From positions 1-47,690 of the forward strand of contig CAYMPC010000003.1 in NCBI GenBank assembly GCA_964392465.1: 47,690 nt of DNA, written 5' to 3'. A model generated the notes under the pieces. The model was given only the letters and a program-made list of their open reading frames with translations. It was not told where the DNA came from and made no database searches. Positions 25,912 to 34,649 of this stretch are shown piece after piece. The translations under genes and the position numbers were made by a program. Source of the DNA: an uncultured Methanosarcinales archaeon (lineage in GTDB: Archaea > Nanobdellota > Nanobdellia > Woesearchaeales > GW2011-AR15). Every line of letters begins with the position of its first letter. Position 1 is the first letter of the stretch.

Positions 25912-26601
25912 TTAATCAATCATCTTTATTGCTGGTTTTTCCTTGCCAATCATGAAAACAGAGCTCTGTGGTGTTTCAAATTCTCCGTTTTTTGTTTTAA
26001 CAAATACTTGTTTATCTTTTATTTCTATTATAGTTCCGTGCTCTCCTGCGTGTTTTCCTGTGATAATATAAACATAGCTTCCTTTTTCGAATTTAAATAC
26101 TTCAATTATTTCTTGGGAAGGGAGTTTTATATGAACGCTTTCCCCTATTTTATATTTGTCCTCTTTAACAAGAATGTTCTTTCCGTCAAACAGATTTAAT
26201 TGATGTTTTCCTTTTTTCAGGGTTGTTTTTCCTATAATTTTACATACTTTTGAAGAAGCTTCTTCATTAGGTATAGAAAGAAGTTGTAATTTCTTATTTT
26301 TATTAATATGCATCCTATATTCTTCATTAGAAACCGGAATAGATAATACGTCCATAAAACCAACAAGATCCTTTAAATTCCTTTTTCTTTTTCCATCTAC
26401 CAATATTTCTTTATCTCGTAATGTTGCTTTTACTTCATTTGAGGTTTTACAATATTTCAAAAGATCCTTGAATATTAAAGAGAGAGGCATACTTAAAGTA
26501 AAATCTTTTCCAGGCAATGGCCTAATAACAAACTTTTGTCCTTTTTTCTTTATTGGCCATGTCTTTGGGACTGTAAGTGTTTTAATGTGTTTCTTTGTCA
26601 T
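25912..26601 (-). CDS. rps4e: 30S ribosomal protein eS4
   Basis: KKHIKTLTVPKTWPIKKKGQKFVIRPLPG, KOW-like ITGKHAGEHGTI. Confidence 0.92.
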   Translation of the reverse strand: MTKKHIKTLTVPKTWPIKKKGQKFVIRPLPGKDFTLSMPLSLIFKDLLKYCKTSNEVKATLRDKEILVDGKRKRNLKDLVGFMDVLSIPVSNEEYRMHINKNKKLQLLSIPNEEASSKVCKIIGKTTLKKGKHQLNLFDGKNILVKEDKYKIGESVHIKLPSQEIIEVFKFEKGSYVYIITGKHAGEHGTIIEIKDKQVFVKTKNGEFETPQSSVFMIGKEKPAIKMID

Positions 26602-26613
26602 CTTGCATCCTCA

Positions 26614-26991
26614 TTATTTCCTCTTCAATAATTCTTGCCTTTTTTTATCGCTTGTATCCATCTCCATAATCATTATTTTTGATATTTTAATAGGATATTT
26701 TATTTTGGTTCCTTCTTTTTTTTGATACTCTACCCCTGCTATATAAACAGTTGCTTTTTTTGTATTAACTTTTTCAACTTTTCCTGTTTTTCCCTTAAAC
26801 TGGCCTTTCATTATCTTAACTTTGTCTTCTTTTCTTACTCTAACTGCTCTTTTGCCTATTTTTTTAATTAAATCTTCTGATAAATGTGCATGTAAAAACT
26901 TTCCTTTTATATGCAAGGGAGCCTCGCTAACATATTTCCTTTGTTTTCTTGGCTTCTTGCTTGACTTCCATTGATTTGAAAATTTTAACAT
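26614..26991 (-). CDS. rpl24: 50S ribosomal protein uL24
   Basis: KPRKQRKY, KOW motif VRKEDKVKIMKGQFKGKTGKV. Confidence 0.9.
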   Translation of the reverse strand: MLKFSNQWKSSKKPRKQRKYVSEAPLHIKGKFLHAHLSEDLIKKIGKRAVRVRKEDKVKIMKGQFKGKTGKVEKVNTKKATVYIAGVEYQKKEGTKIKYPIKISKIMIMEMDTSDKKRQELLKRK

Positions 26992-27010
26992 TTTTTATCC
27001 TCTCTTAAAA

Positions 27011-27412
27011 TCATAAAATAATACTAGCCATTTTTGATACTGCTGGCCATCTTTCAGTTGCTTCTTTTGCAATCGGTCCTTTAAAAATTGTTCCTTTGGG
27101 GTTTCCTTTGTCATCTTTAAGGACAACCGCTGCATTGTCTTCAAACTTTACCCTCATGCCGTTCGCCCTTCTATATTCTTTTTTTTGTCTCACTATTATT
27201 GCATAAACCATTTGTTTCATCATATCCGGCCTGCCTTTCTTTACTGCTGCCCTTACAAGATCTCCTATTCCTGCAGCAGGCTTTCTTCTCTTAACTCCCT
27301 TATATCCAACTACAGATATAATTTCTATTGTCTTGGCACCTGAATTATCGCATGTTGGAATTTCTGCCCCAACAGGCAAACTCTTAACTATTTTTGCCTT
27401 AACTGCTTTCAT
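27011..27412 (-). CDS. rpl14: 50S ribosomal protein uL14
   Basis: CDNSGAK..., [32 protein letters not shown]. Confidence 0.93.
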   Translation of the reverse strand: MKAVKAKIVKSLPVGAEIPTCDNSGAKTIEIISVVGYKGVKRRKPAAGIGDLVRAAVKKGRPDMMKQMVYAIIVRQKKEYRRANGMRVKFEDNAAVVLKDDKGNPKGTIFKGPIAKEATERWPAVSKMASIIL

Positions 27413-27708
27413 TTTTTAATGACCTCAACAACAACAAACTTTTTTGTTTTACTTAAGGGTCTGCATTCTTTTATTATGACAATCTCTCCTTCTTTTGCAC
27501 CTATTTCTGAAGGATTGTGTGCTTTTACCTTACTTCTTTTTTCTTGATATCTTTCATATTTAGGAACGTAAACTCTTCTCATCCATTGAACTGTAACTGT
27601 TTTTTGTGCTTTTGCACTAACTACTTCTCCCTTAAATGTCCTTCCTCTTGTCTTAAGAGAAGGTGTTTTTCCTCTTGGTTTTTTTTCTTTTTTTTCCATT
27701 TTTAACAT
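27409..27708 (-). CDS. rps17: 30S ribosomal protein uS17
   Basis: [40 protein letters not shown]. Confidence 0.92.
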   Translation of the reverse strand: MLKMEKKEKKPRGKTPSLKTRGRTFKGEVVSAKAQKTVTVQWMRRVYVPKYERYQEKRSKVKAHNPSEIGAKEGEIVIIKECRPLSKTKKFVVVEVIKK

Positions 27709-27926
27709 GCCTTTATTCTGTCTTCGGGTCTTTTGGTGATTTTTTTCCCTTCAATTATTTTATTTTTGATTTTTAATGTTGCGCTTTTCTTTAGGATTTT
27801 AATTTTTTTATCTTTTTTTTTAAGAGTTATCGTGTTTTTTGTTTCGTCTATTATTATTCCTTCGTGTTTTTGGTTATTATATGTTACCTCTACTTTTTCA
27901 CCGATTAGTTCTTTTTTTTCATTCAT
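27702..27926 (-). CDS. rnp1: RNase P protein component 1 (Rpp29/Pop4)
   Basis: Track start at 27959 is TTG and lies inside the SUI1 gene; the ATG at 27926 gives MNEKKELIGEKVEVTYNNQKHEGIIIDETKNTITLKK (Sm-like Rpp29 core). Canonical position between uL29 and uS17. Confidence 0.8.
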   Translation of the reverse strand: MNEKKELIGEKVEVTYNNQKHEGIIIDETKNTITLKKKDKKIKILKKSATLKIKNKIIEGKKITKRPEDRIKAC

Positions 27927-28230
27927 GTGTAACTTGAATTGTTTCAGGAGGAAACCCAAGTTTTATCAGTTCTTCTTTGACTCTGACTATGTGCTCTCCT
28001 TGCAATTCGATTTTTTCTTCTTTAAATGTTCCTCCGCAAGCCAACATGTTTTTTAGTTTTTTTGTGAGATCTTTCAAATCAATTTGTTTCGTATCAATGC
28101 CTTCGACAACTGTGTTTTTTTTTCCGAATTTTTTTTTAACGAGCTTGATAGTGATTTGCTGACTTTCCTTTGCTATGTTTTCACACACACAAAGTTCCTT
28201 TGGTAAACCACATGTATTACATATATTCAT
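27919..28230 (-). CDS. sui1: Translation initiation factor aSUI1 (eIF1 family)
   Basis: N-terminal CxxC...CxC knuckle (CNTCGLPKELCVC), KKFGKKNTVVEGI, KKLKNMLACGGT. Confidence 0.88.
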   Translation of the reverse strand: MNICNTCGLPKELCVCENIAKESQQITIKLVKKKFGKKNTVVEGIDTKQIDLKDLTKKLKNMLACGGTFKEEKIELQGEHIVRVKEELIKLGFPPETIQVTHE

Positions 28231-28412
28231 TTTGTTTTAAGTTGAGTCATTAACCTCGCAATATTTTTTTTTGTTTTTTTTACTTGACCAGGGCTTTTCA
28301 ATGTCGTGCCTGTAGCAACTTGTGTATTCAATTTTATGAGCTCTTTTTTAAGTTCAAATAATTGTATTTCTAGCTCTTCTTTTGATTTTGATTTTAATTC
28401 TTTAGTTTTCAT
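28227..28412 (-). CDS. rpl29: 50S ribosomal protein uL29
   Basis: MKTKELKSKSKEELEIQLFELKKELIKL; operon position. Confidence 0.9.
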   Translation of the reverse strand: MKTKELKSKSKEELEIQLFELKKELIKLNTQVATGTTLKSPGQVKKTKKNIARLMTQLKTK

Positions 28413-29157
28413 TTTCTGCTTTTTTCTTTCTGGATTTCTTTTCTTTTTTTGGTTCTTCTTTTTCTGTCAATTTTATTTCTTCTGCTTTAACTTTTATTTC
28501 TTTACTTATATCTTCTATTTCTTTTTCACTTACTTCTTCAACTATTGGTTTTTCTTCTGTTCTCTCTTTTAATTTAATATCGTCTGGTAATCTAACGTTT
28601 GGCGGCATAATGCTAACTTTAATGCCAACAATGCCTGACTTCAAATTGGCTATTTTGTATGCCGTATCTACTAATGCTAACGCAGGATTTCCGCATTTTT
28701 TTAAATATCCTTGATAAAATCTCCATGTCCTTGCCCTGGCACTAGGGATTTTTCCTGAAATTAAAATTTCAACTCCTCTTGCTCCTGCATTTAGTGTGTC
28801 TGCCATTGCTTTATGTCCTATTCCTTTAAATCTCATTGTCCCGAATTTCTCTAAAGAGGTTGCTATTCTTTCCGCAACAACAGATGCAATTAGATTAACA
28901 TTTTCTATCTCACTAATTTCTATTTGTGGATTTTCTAGTCCGAATTTTTTCTTTAGCTGTTTTGTAAGCTTTTTTATGTTTGTGCCCCCGCCACCAATTA
29001 TTAATCCTGGTCTTGAAGCATAAATAATTATTTTTTCGCCTAATGGTGTCCTTTGAATTTTCACGTGACTTAAGCCCACTCCTTTTAAAGTTTCGCTAAC
29101 AAATTCTTGAATTTGATATTCTGTCTTATTTCTTAAAATAAAATCACGCTCTATCAT
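28402..29157 (-). CDS. rps3: 30S ribosomal protein uS3, with a ~55-aa K/E-rich C-terminal tail
   Basis: KH domain (RTPLGEKIIIYASRPGLIIGGGGTNIKKL), KGIGHKAM, GVEILISGK. Confidence 0.92.
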   Translation of the reverse strand: MIERDFILRNKTEYQIQEFVSETLKGVGLSHVKIQRTPLGEKIIIYASRPGLIIGGGGTNIKKLTKQLKKKFGLENPQIEISEIENVNLIASVVAERIATSLEKFGTMRFKGIGHKAMADTLNAGARGVEILISGKIPSARARTWRFYQGYLKKCGNPALALVDTAYKIANLKSGIVGIKVSIMPPNVRLPDDIKLKERTEEKPIVEEVSEKEIEDISKEIKVKAEEIKLTEKEEPKKEKKSRKKKAENEN

Positions 29158-29660
29158 TTTTGAATCTCCTTAATTTCTTTTTTCGATCTTATTTCCTTTA
29201 CTTTTTGTTGCTTTTCCTGTTTTTCAGTTTTCTTTTCTATTAAAACAACTTCAATGTGTGATCTTTTCATCTTTTGTCTTCTTTTTCTTCCAAAATGCCA
29301 TGGTCTTGCTGCCCTGTTTGCAGCAATGTGTGATATAAAAAGATCTTTTGTGCTTAGGCCTTTGTTTTGTGCATTTGCTTCTGCACTCTTAATTATAGTC
29401 AATATTTGTTCTGCTGTCTTAATAGGATATCGTCCTGGCCCTATTCCTTTTTTATGGCCCGTATCTCTATTAAACCTTCTCATTGGAACTGCTGATTCTT
29501 TTGTAAGTACCTTTTCTAAAAAGGCTTTTGCTTTTTCAACTTTCTTGCCCCTAATATAATTACAAATTTCTACTGATTTTTTAGTAGAGATAGATAAATC
29601 TCTTCCAATGGCTTTGGCCATGTTTTCGTTCATTTCCTTTAAATTATATTTGAATTTCAT
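29154..29660 (-). CDS. rpl22: 50S ribosomal protein uL22
   Basis: AKAIGRDLSISTKKSVEICNYIRGKKVEKA, HIEVVL. Confidence 0.9.
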   Translation of the reverse strand: MKFKYNLKEMNENMAKAIGRDLSISTKKSVEICNYIRGKKVEKAKAFLEKVLTKESAVPMRRFNRDTGHKKGIGPGRYPIKTAEQILTIIKSAEANAQNKGLSTKDLFISHIAANRAARPWHFGRKRRQKMKRSHIEVVLIEKKTEKQEKQQKVKEIRSKKEIKEIQK

Positions 29661-30041
29661 TTATCTCACTGATACGCTTGCGCTGCTTCTAGTTGCTCCT
29701 ACTCCTGGTGCATTATGTGCGACTCTTCTTCTTGTCAATGCAAACTCACCAAGAAAACAACCTAGCATTTCTTCTGTAATATGGAGTTGAAAATATTCTT
29801 TTCCATTATAGATTTTAATAACTGTTCCTACCATTTGCGGGATAATAACCATGTCTCTTGCATGTGTTTTTATATCTTTATCTCCTTTCTTGATTTTTTC
29901 AAGTACTTTCTTTTGATCTTCGGTTATGCCTCTTTTAATGCTTCTTCTTGCTCTGCTTGGAATTATTTCTGCAAATTCATTTAGAGACATTTTTTTTAAC
30001 TCTTCAATTGTTTTTCCTTTGAATGTGATTTCTTTAGCCAT
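29661..30041 (-). CDS. rps19: 30S ribosomal protein uS19
   Basis: HARDMVIIPQMVGTVIKIYNGKEY, GEFALTRR...H.APG.GAT. Confidence 0.93.
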   Translation of the reverse strand: MAKEITFKGKTIEELKKMSLNEFAEIIPSRARRSIKRGITEDQKKVLEKIKKGDKDIKTHARDMVIIPQMVGTVIKIYNGKEYFQLHITEEMLGCFLGEFALTRRRVAHNAPGVGATRSSASVSVR

Positions 30042-30061
30042 TTTTTTTACCTATTATATTA

Positions 30062-30766
30062 TTACCTCTGCATACCTGTTCTTCTTGGCCTAATTTTACC
30101 AACCTTTGCTCCAGGTGGAGCATTTTTGTCTGCTATTGTCGGCTGACCTTTTTTCGAAGATCTGTGTGTACCGTGAGGATGATCGACTGCATTCATAGAT
30201 TGTCCCTTTGTTCTTGGATATAATTTATTTCTTGCCCTCATATAATGATATCTATTTCCTGCTTTTAAGAAAGGCTTGTCTTTTCTTCCTGCTCCTGCAA
30301 TCAAACCAATTGTTGCTCTGCAGTTTGGATTAAAAGACCTTTCTTTTTTAGAAGGCAACATTATAATGACTTCGTTTTCTCTCTTTGAAATTATTTTTGC
30401 AAAGCATCCTCCGCTTCTTACAAACTTTCCGCCATCTCCTGGTTTTATTTCTATATTAAAAATTGCTGTTCCAACAGGTATATCTTTCAAAAACAATGTG
30501 TTGCCTGTCCCTGTTGCAGCCCCCTCTCCTAATTGAATTTGATCTCCTAATTTAATTCCTTCTGCCGCAACAACAAATGTTTCTTCTCCATTATTATATC
30601 TTATTTTCGCTAATGGTGCTGAATGTCCTCTGCATTTTATGAAATCTACTATTTGTCCTGAAGATGCTTGATTTGGATATGCTACTTTTGCTTTATACTT
30701 AAAACTAGGTGCCCTATATGTGGGAGACCCCTTTCCTCTTGCTTGCTGAATTATGTTTTTTCCCAT
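30062..30766 (-). CDS. rpl2: 50S ribosomal protein uL2
   Basis: GHSAPLAKIRY, GDGGKFVRSGG, MNAVDHPHGTHRSSKKG. Confidence 0.95.
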   Translation of the reverse strand: MGKNIIQQARGKGSPTYRAPSFKYKAKVAYPNQASSGQIVDFIKCRGHSAPLAKIRYNNGEETFVVAAEGIKLGDQIQLGEGAATGTGNTLFLKDIPVGTAIFNIEIKPGDGGKFVRSGGCFAKIISKRENEVIIMLPSKKERSFNPNCRATIGLIAGAGRKDKPFLKAGNRYHYMRARNKLYPRTKGQSMNAVDHPHGTHRSSKKGQPTIADKNAPPGAKVGKIRPRRTGMQR

Positions 30767-30769
30767 TTT

Positions 30770-31024
30770 TTACATTAACCCAAGTTGTGTTGCTAAATCA
30801 ATTGCGGGTGTTTCTTCTGCAAATCTAATATATGCTTTTTTTCTGCTCTTTGTGTCTATTGTTGTGTTAACGCTTTTTACTTTTACTTTGTAAATTTTCT
30901 CTATTTCTTTTTTAATATCTTCTTTGTTTGCTTTTTTATCTACAATAAATACCAATGTGTTATCTGATTCCATTTGTCTGATTGTTTTTTCTGTTGATAA
31001 AGGATATTTAATAATTGACTCCAT
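30770..31024 (-). CDS. rpl23: 50S ribosomal protein uL23
   Basis: Track start at 31030 is TTG; the ATG is at 31024 (MESIIKYPLSTEKTIRQME). NTLVFIVDKKANKEDIKKEIEKIY. Confidence 0.92.
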   Translation of the reverse strand: MESIIKYPLSTEKTIRQMESDNTLVFIVDKKANKEDIKKEIEKIYKVKVKSVNTTIDTKSRKKAYIRFAEETPAIDLATQLGLM

Positions 31025-31026
31025 CT

Positions 31027-31944
31027 TCAATTCTCCTTGGTTTCTTTAGATACTTTTTTTATTGCTCTTTTTGGTTTGTCTGTTTTTTCTAATTTTGTAT
31101 CTTTTTTGATTTCTTTCTTTATTTCTAAACTTGATTTGTTTTCTAAAAAAAGGTTATTTTTTTCCAGTTGCTCAATTGCTCCTTCTGTATACAAAGTTAG
31201 TCTTCCGTAATCACAACCGGGTGCCAATAATTCAACATTAACGCTTTGTATTTCAACAACATCTATTCCGGGAATATTTACTGCTGTATCAATTAAATCA
31301 CATTTTTTTGAAACAACAATTAAAGGGCCTTTTCTTCCTTTTGTTTTTCTTCCTCTCCTTCTTGCTCTTCCTGTTAATGATGTTGTTTTTGAACTTCTTT
31401 CTAATTCTTTTTCTAACCCAATTGTTTTTAAAAATGCTAAAACTTCTTTTGTCTTTTTTATATTTTCAATATCATTTTCTAAAATAAGAGGGTATTCTTC
31501 AACAAAATGACCCCTTTTAACTACACATTCTTTATTAACAGAAGCTGCCATTGCAGACCTTATTGCCTTTTTTCTTTCCTTATTATTGATTTTTTTAGAC
31601 CAGTTTTTATCTACTTTAGGAGGGTGTGCTTGCCTACCTCCAACTGCATAAGGTACCGTAGCTGCCTGCCAATTAAATCTTGTTCCACTGTGGCTCATAA
31701 TTTTTCTTGGCACTCTTGAAATTCCAATTCCATATGCTGTTTTATAATCTCTTCTCCTTCTTGAAATTTTAGATGAATATTTTTTTCCTGCTTCTATATC
31801 TGTTCCATATGGCTGCCTTTTATGAGATTGAATTGCGAGAACTGCTCTTTTTATTAAATCTGGTCTTATTGTCTCATTAAATTGAACAGGTAATTCTATC
31901 TCTTTCTTTTTTTCTCCTGTTTTTGATTTAATTATTGCTTTCAT
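31027..31944 (-). CDS. rpl4: 50S ribosomal protein uL4, with a K/E-rich C-terminal tail
   Basis: QPYGTD..AGKK, GISRVPR, GGRQAHPPK; operon position. Confidence 0.92.
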   Translation of the reverse strand: MKAIIKSKTGEKKKEIELPVQFNETIRPDLIKRAVLAIQSHKRQPYGTDIEAGKKYSSKISRRRRDYKTAYGIGISRVPRKIMSHSGTRFNWQAATVPYAVGGRQAHPPKVDKNWSKKINNKERKKAIRSAMAASVNKECVVKRGHFVEEYPLILENDIENIKKTKEVLAFLKTIGLEKELERSSKTTSLTGRARRRGRKTKGRKGPLIVVSKKCDLIDTAVNIPGIDVVEIQSVNVELLAPGCDYGRLTLYTEGAIEQLEKNNLFLENKSSLEIKKEIKKDTKLEKTDKPKRAIKKVSKETKEN

Positions 31945-31949
31945 TTTAA

Positions 31950-32933
31950 TTAATTACCTTGTTTTTCCGAGATACTAATTTCTTGTATAGTAGGCAATTC
32001 TTTTTGCTTAAATTGTTTTATTGGTTTTTGCAAAACTATCATTCTCTTTTTTGGGCCCCCAATTGATCCTTTTATTAAAATTGCCGAAGATTTAACATTA
32101 CCATATTTTAAAAATCCTCCTTTAGGAGTTATTTCTTTTGGATCTGAAACTATTTTCATTATTTGTTTGTTGTGTTCTGTTCTTAAATGATAACCCATTT
32201 TTCCTGCATGTGCTACTCTATACATTATATGTCCTTGTGCTTTCCATGGTCCCAATGAACCAGGGTTTCTTATTGATTTTTCAGACTTTGCCTGTCTTAA
32301 TGAAATACCAAATCTTTTTACTGGTCCTTGAAATCCTTTTCCTGTTGTAACTGCTTTAACATCAACTATATCTCCTTCTTTAAAAATAGAATTCAAGTAT
32401 ATCTCCTTATCTTGGTTTTCTTTAATATAATTAAATTTCTCTTCTAATGTTCCACCAAGAGCCAACTCGAAAATTTCGGGTTTCTTTTTCCCGATAGAAG
32501 TGTTTTTTGGTTGTGTATATACAACTGCTTTAATATCGCAATATTCTTTTAAGTCGATTTTTCCAAAATCTTCTGTTTTTTGTTTCTTTGAAAAACTGAG
32601 CTTTCTTGCTAAATCTTTATCTTTTCCAAAAAATATTTCTTTTTTTACGTTCAAAACATTCCCTAATTTTTTGTAGAATCTTATTGCTGCAATCTTTAAT
32701 GGAGGACATTCAATAATAGTTACTGGAATAGAAATCTCTTCTCCTTTGTAATGTGATTGCTTTCTTGTTTCTATGGCTTGTATGTGTGTCATGCCAACTT
32801 TATATCCTGCAAATCCAACTAACCCAGCTTCTTTGATTATAGGGCTGCTTCTAATTCTAGGATATTCTCTTTTCGCCCTTTTCCTGGGCCAATACTGCAT
32901 TGATCCTGATCTTGGAATTCTTACTGATGGCAT
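31950..32933 (-). CDS. rpl3: 50S ribosomal protein uL3
   Basis: PRSGSMQYWPRKRA, GFAGYKVGMTH, GKGFQGPVKR; first gene of the cluster. Confidence 0.95.
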   Translation of the reverse strand: MPSVRIPRSGSMQYWPRKRAKREYPRIRSSPIIKEAGLVGFAGYKVGMTHIQAIETRKQSHYKGEEISIPVTIIECPPLKIAAIRFYKKLGNVLNVKKEIFFGKDKDLARKLSFSKKQKTEDFGKIDLKEYCDIKAVVYTQPKNTSIGKKKPEIFELALGGTLEEKFNYIKENQDKEIYLNSIFKEGDIVDVKAVTTGKGFQGPVKRFGISLRQAKSEKSIRNPGSLGPWKAQGHIMYRVAHAGKMGYHLRTEHNKQIMKIVSDPKEITPKGGFLKYGNVKSSAILIKGSIGGPKKRMIVLQKPIKQFKQKELPTIQEISISEKQGN

Positions 32934-33141
32934 TTTATTTAAATACCTTTTTTATTTTAAGTGACCTATTGTTGGCTCCCCCTTTAGAAGCTCAAAGCTT
33001 AAAGGAACCTTTTCAGGCCAAATAAACATTTTTTATTTGTCTTATTTGTGTTTTCCTTGTTATTTAAAACAAGTAGTCATTTGGAAATATAAGTCCTTTA
33101 TAAACATTACGGAATAAAAATTAAATATAGATTTAGAAAAT

Positions 33142-33149
33142 TTTATATA
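33142..33149 (+). promoter_or_regulatory. TATA box (TTTATATA) for the SpoIIM-like gene
   Basis: Lies 23-30 nt upstream of ATG 33172, preceded by a purine-rich AGAAAA (BRE-like). Confidence 0.4.
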
Positions 33150-33171
33150 GTGTGTTTATAAAAGAAAAAAT

Positions 33172-34023
33172 ATGGTCTTGGAATATTTAGTTAATCCCTT
33201 AAAGGCAGAAACTCATCCTTCAATTCTGTTAATACATGGGTTTATATATGCCTCATTAGGATTAGTATTAGGTAACTGGATATTTAATGAACATGCTTCT
33301 TTAATCATGGTCTTTCTTACTACTATGGCAGTAATCCCTTTGGTATATAATATTATTAAAACAGAAGAAAAAAAAGATTTATTAGATATAAATGAAAAAA
33401 ACCTATTAAAAGAACATTCAAAGGCCTTATCTGTTTTTATGTATTATTTTTTTGGAGCAACCCTTGCCTTTGCATTTTGGTATTCTGTTTTGCCTGAAAA
33501 AGAAACAGCAAACTTATTTAAAGTCCAAATAGACACTGTCGTTAGCATAAGGTCTAAAGTTACAGGAAACGCGTATGAAAGTTTCAAGGTTTTTTCGTAT
33601 ATACTAGCAAATAACCTTAGGGTTTTAACCTTTTGTGTGCTTTTCTCTTTTTTGTATGGAATTGGTTCTATTTTTATACTTACCTGGAATGCATCTGTAA
33701 TTGGTTTTGCAATCGGAGATACAATAAAAACTGGGTTATATCAAATTAGTCAAACGCTTAATTTTACCTCTTCTCCAAGTTATATTCATGCTATTTCATA
33801 TGGTTTATTGAGATATTCTCTTCATGGGATCCCTGAAATTCTTGCGTATTTTGTTGCTGGTTTAGCTGGTGGAATAATTTCAACTGCTGCTATTAGACAC
33901 GATTTTGGAACAAAGAAATATGTAAATATAATCCTTGATTCTTCTGTATTATTACTTGGAAGCCTGATTATAATAATAATAGCTGCCTGGCTAGAAGTAT
34001 ATGTAACTCCTTTGTTTTTCTAA
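33172..34023 (+). CDS. SpoIIM/DUF95-like integral membrane protein
   Basis: 283 aa, about 6 TM. ANNLRVLTFCVLFSFLYGIGSIFILTWNASVIGF and LHGIPEILAYFVAG resemble the SpoIIM family core. Confidence 0.55.
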   Translation: MVLEYLVNPLKAETHPSILLIHGFIYASLGLVLGNWIFNEHASLIMVFLTTMAVIPLVYNIIKTEEKKDLLDINEKNLLKEHSKALSVFMYYFFGATLAFAFWYSVLPEKETANLFKVQIDTVVSIRSKVTGNAYESFKVFSYILANNLRVLTFCVLFSFLYGIGSIFILTWNASVIGFAIGDTIKTGLYQISQTLNFTSSPSYIHAISYGLLRYSLHGIPEILAYFVAGLAGGIISTAAIRHDFGTKKYVNIILDSSVLLLGSLIIIIIAAWLEVYVTPLFF

Positions 34024-34647
34024 TTATTCTAAAAGCTTTACTTTCCCAGGAGAGATCTCAAAAACTTCTCCGTCTTCTATTAAAGAATTAATTATTATTT
34101 CGCAATTATCTATTTTAACATGATTAATAATTTCCTGGATGTCTGCTCCGTCTCCTTTATCAAGGATTGCAATAACATTCAATATTTTTTGATATGGTCC
34201 TGTTTCAATTAGTTGTTCTTCTTCTTGCTCAACAGGAAGTTTAATCTTTTCTTTTTTACTTTGTAATTTTATTTCAAGTTTGTGTATTTCAAACCATTTT
34301 TTATCATTTATTTTTTTCACTATCTCTGGCACAATATATTTTGAATTTTCCCATTCTCTTGGTCTGCCTATAACACAAATTAAATCACCAAGTGATATCT
34401 TGTCTACTTTTTCATTGTTATCAAAAAATCTGATTTGAATGTTTCCAGAACCATCATCTAAAAGAAAAGAAAGAGTATTGTCTTCTTCTAAAGAAACAAC
34501 AATGCCCATTATTTCAACTCTGGATATCTCGCCATATTGTGTTAAAATTCCACTAGGTTCCCAACCAGGTCTTTTTATGTATGTTGCTGTTAAAATGTCT
34601 TTAATAAGAATTTTTCTAGCTGTCTTCCTTTTAATAACTTCTGCCAT
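34024..34647 (-). CDS. RPA32/Stn1-like protein: OB fold + C-terminal winged helix (putative ssDNA-binding subunit)
   Basis: Track start at 34653 is TTG; the ATG at 34647 lies 2 nt after the MCM stop. OB core EISRVEIMGIVVSLEEDNTLSFLLDDGSGNIQIRFF...GDLICVIGRPREWENSKYIVPEIVKKINDKKWFEIHKLEI; C-terminal wH-like ILDKGDGADIQEIINHV...LIEDGEVFE. Confidence 0.6.
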   Translation of the reverse strand: MAEVIKRKTARKILIKDILTATYIKRPGWEPSGILTQYGEISRVEIMGIVVSLEEDNTLSFLLDDGSGNIQIRFFDNNEKVDKISLGDLICVIGRPREWENSKYIVPEIVKKINDKKWFEIHKLEIKLQSKKEKIKLPVEQEEEQLIETGPYQKILNVIAILDKGDGADIQEIINHVKIDNCEIIINSLIEDGEVFEISPGKVKLLE

Positions 34648-34649
34648 CT

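Noticed and set aside
27702-28230. SUI1 and Rpp29 genes inside the ribosomal protein cluster as an anomaly
   Set aside because: Non-ribosomal translation and RNA-processing genes at exactly this position (between uL29 and uS17) are a known feature of archaeal S10/spc-like clusters, so this is not novel.
28402-28575. Pyrimidine-rich low-complexity tract on the + strand (TTCTTTTTTT...)
   Set aside because: It is the reverse complement of the K/E-rich tail of uS3, not a regulatory polypyrimidine tract or a microsatellite.
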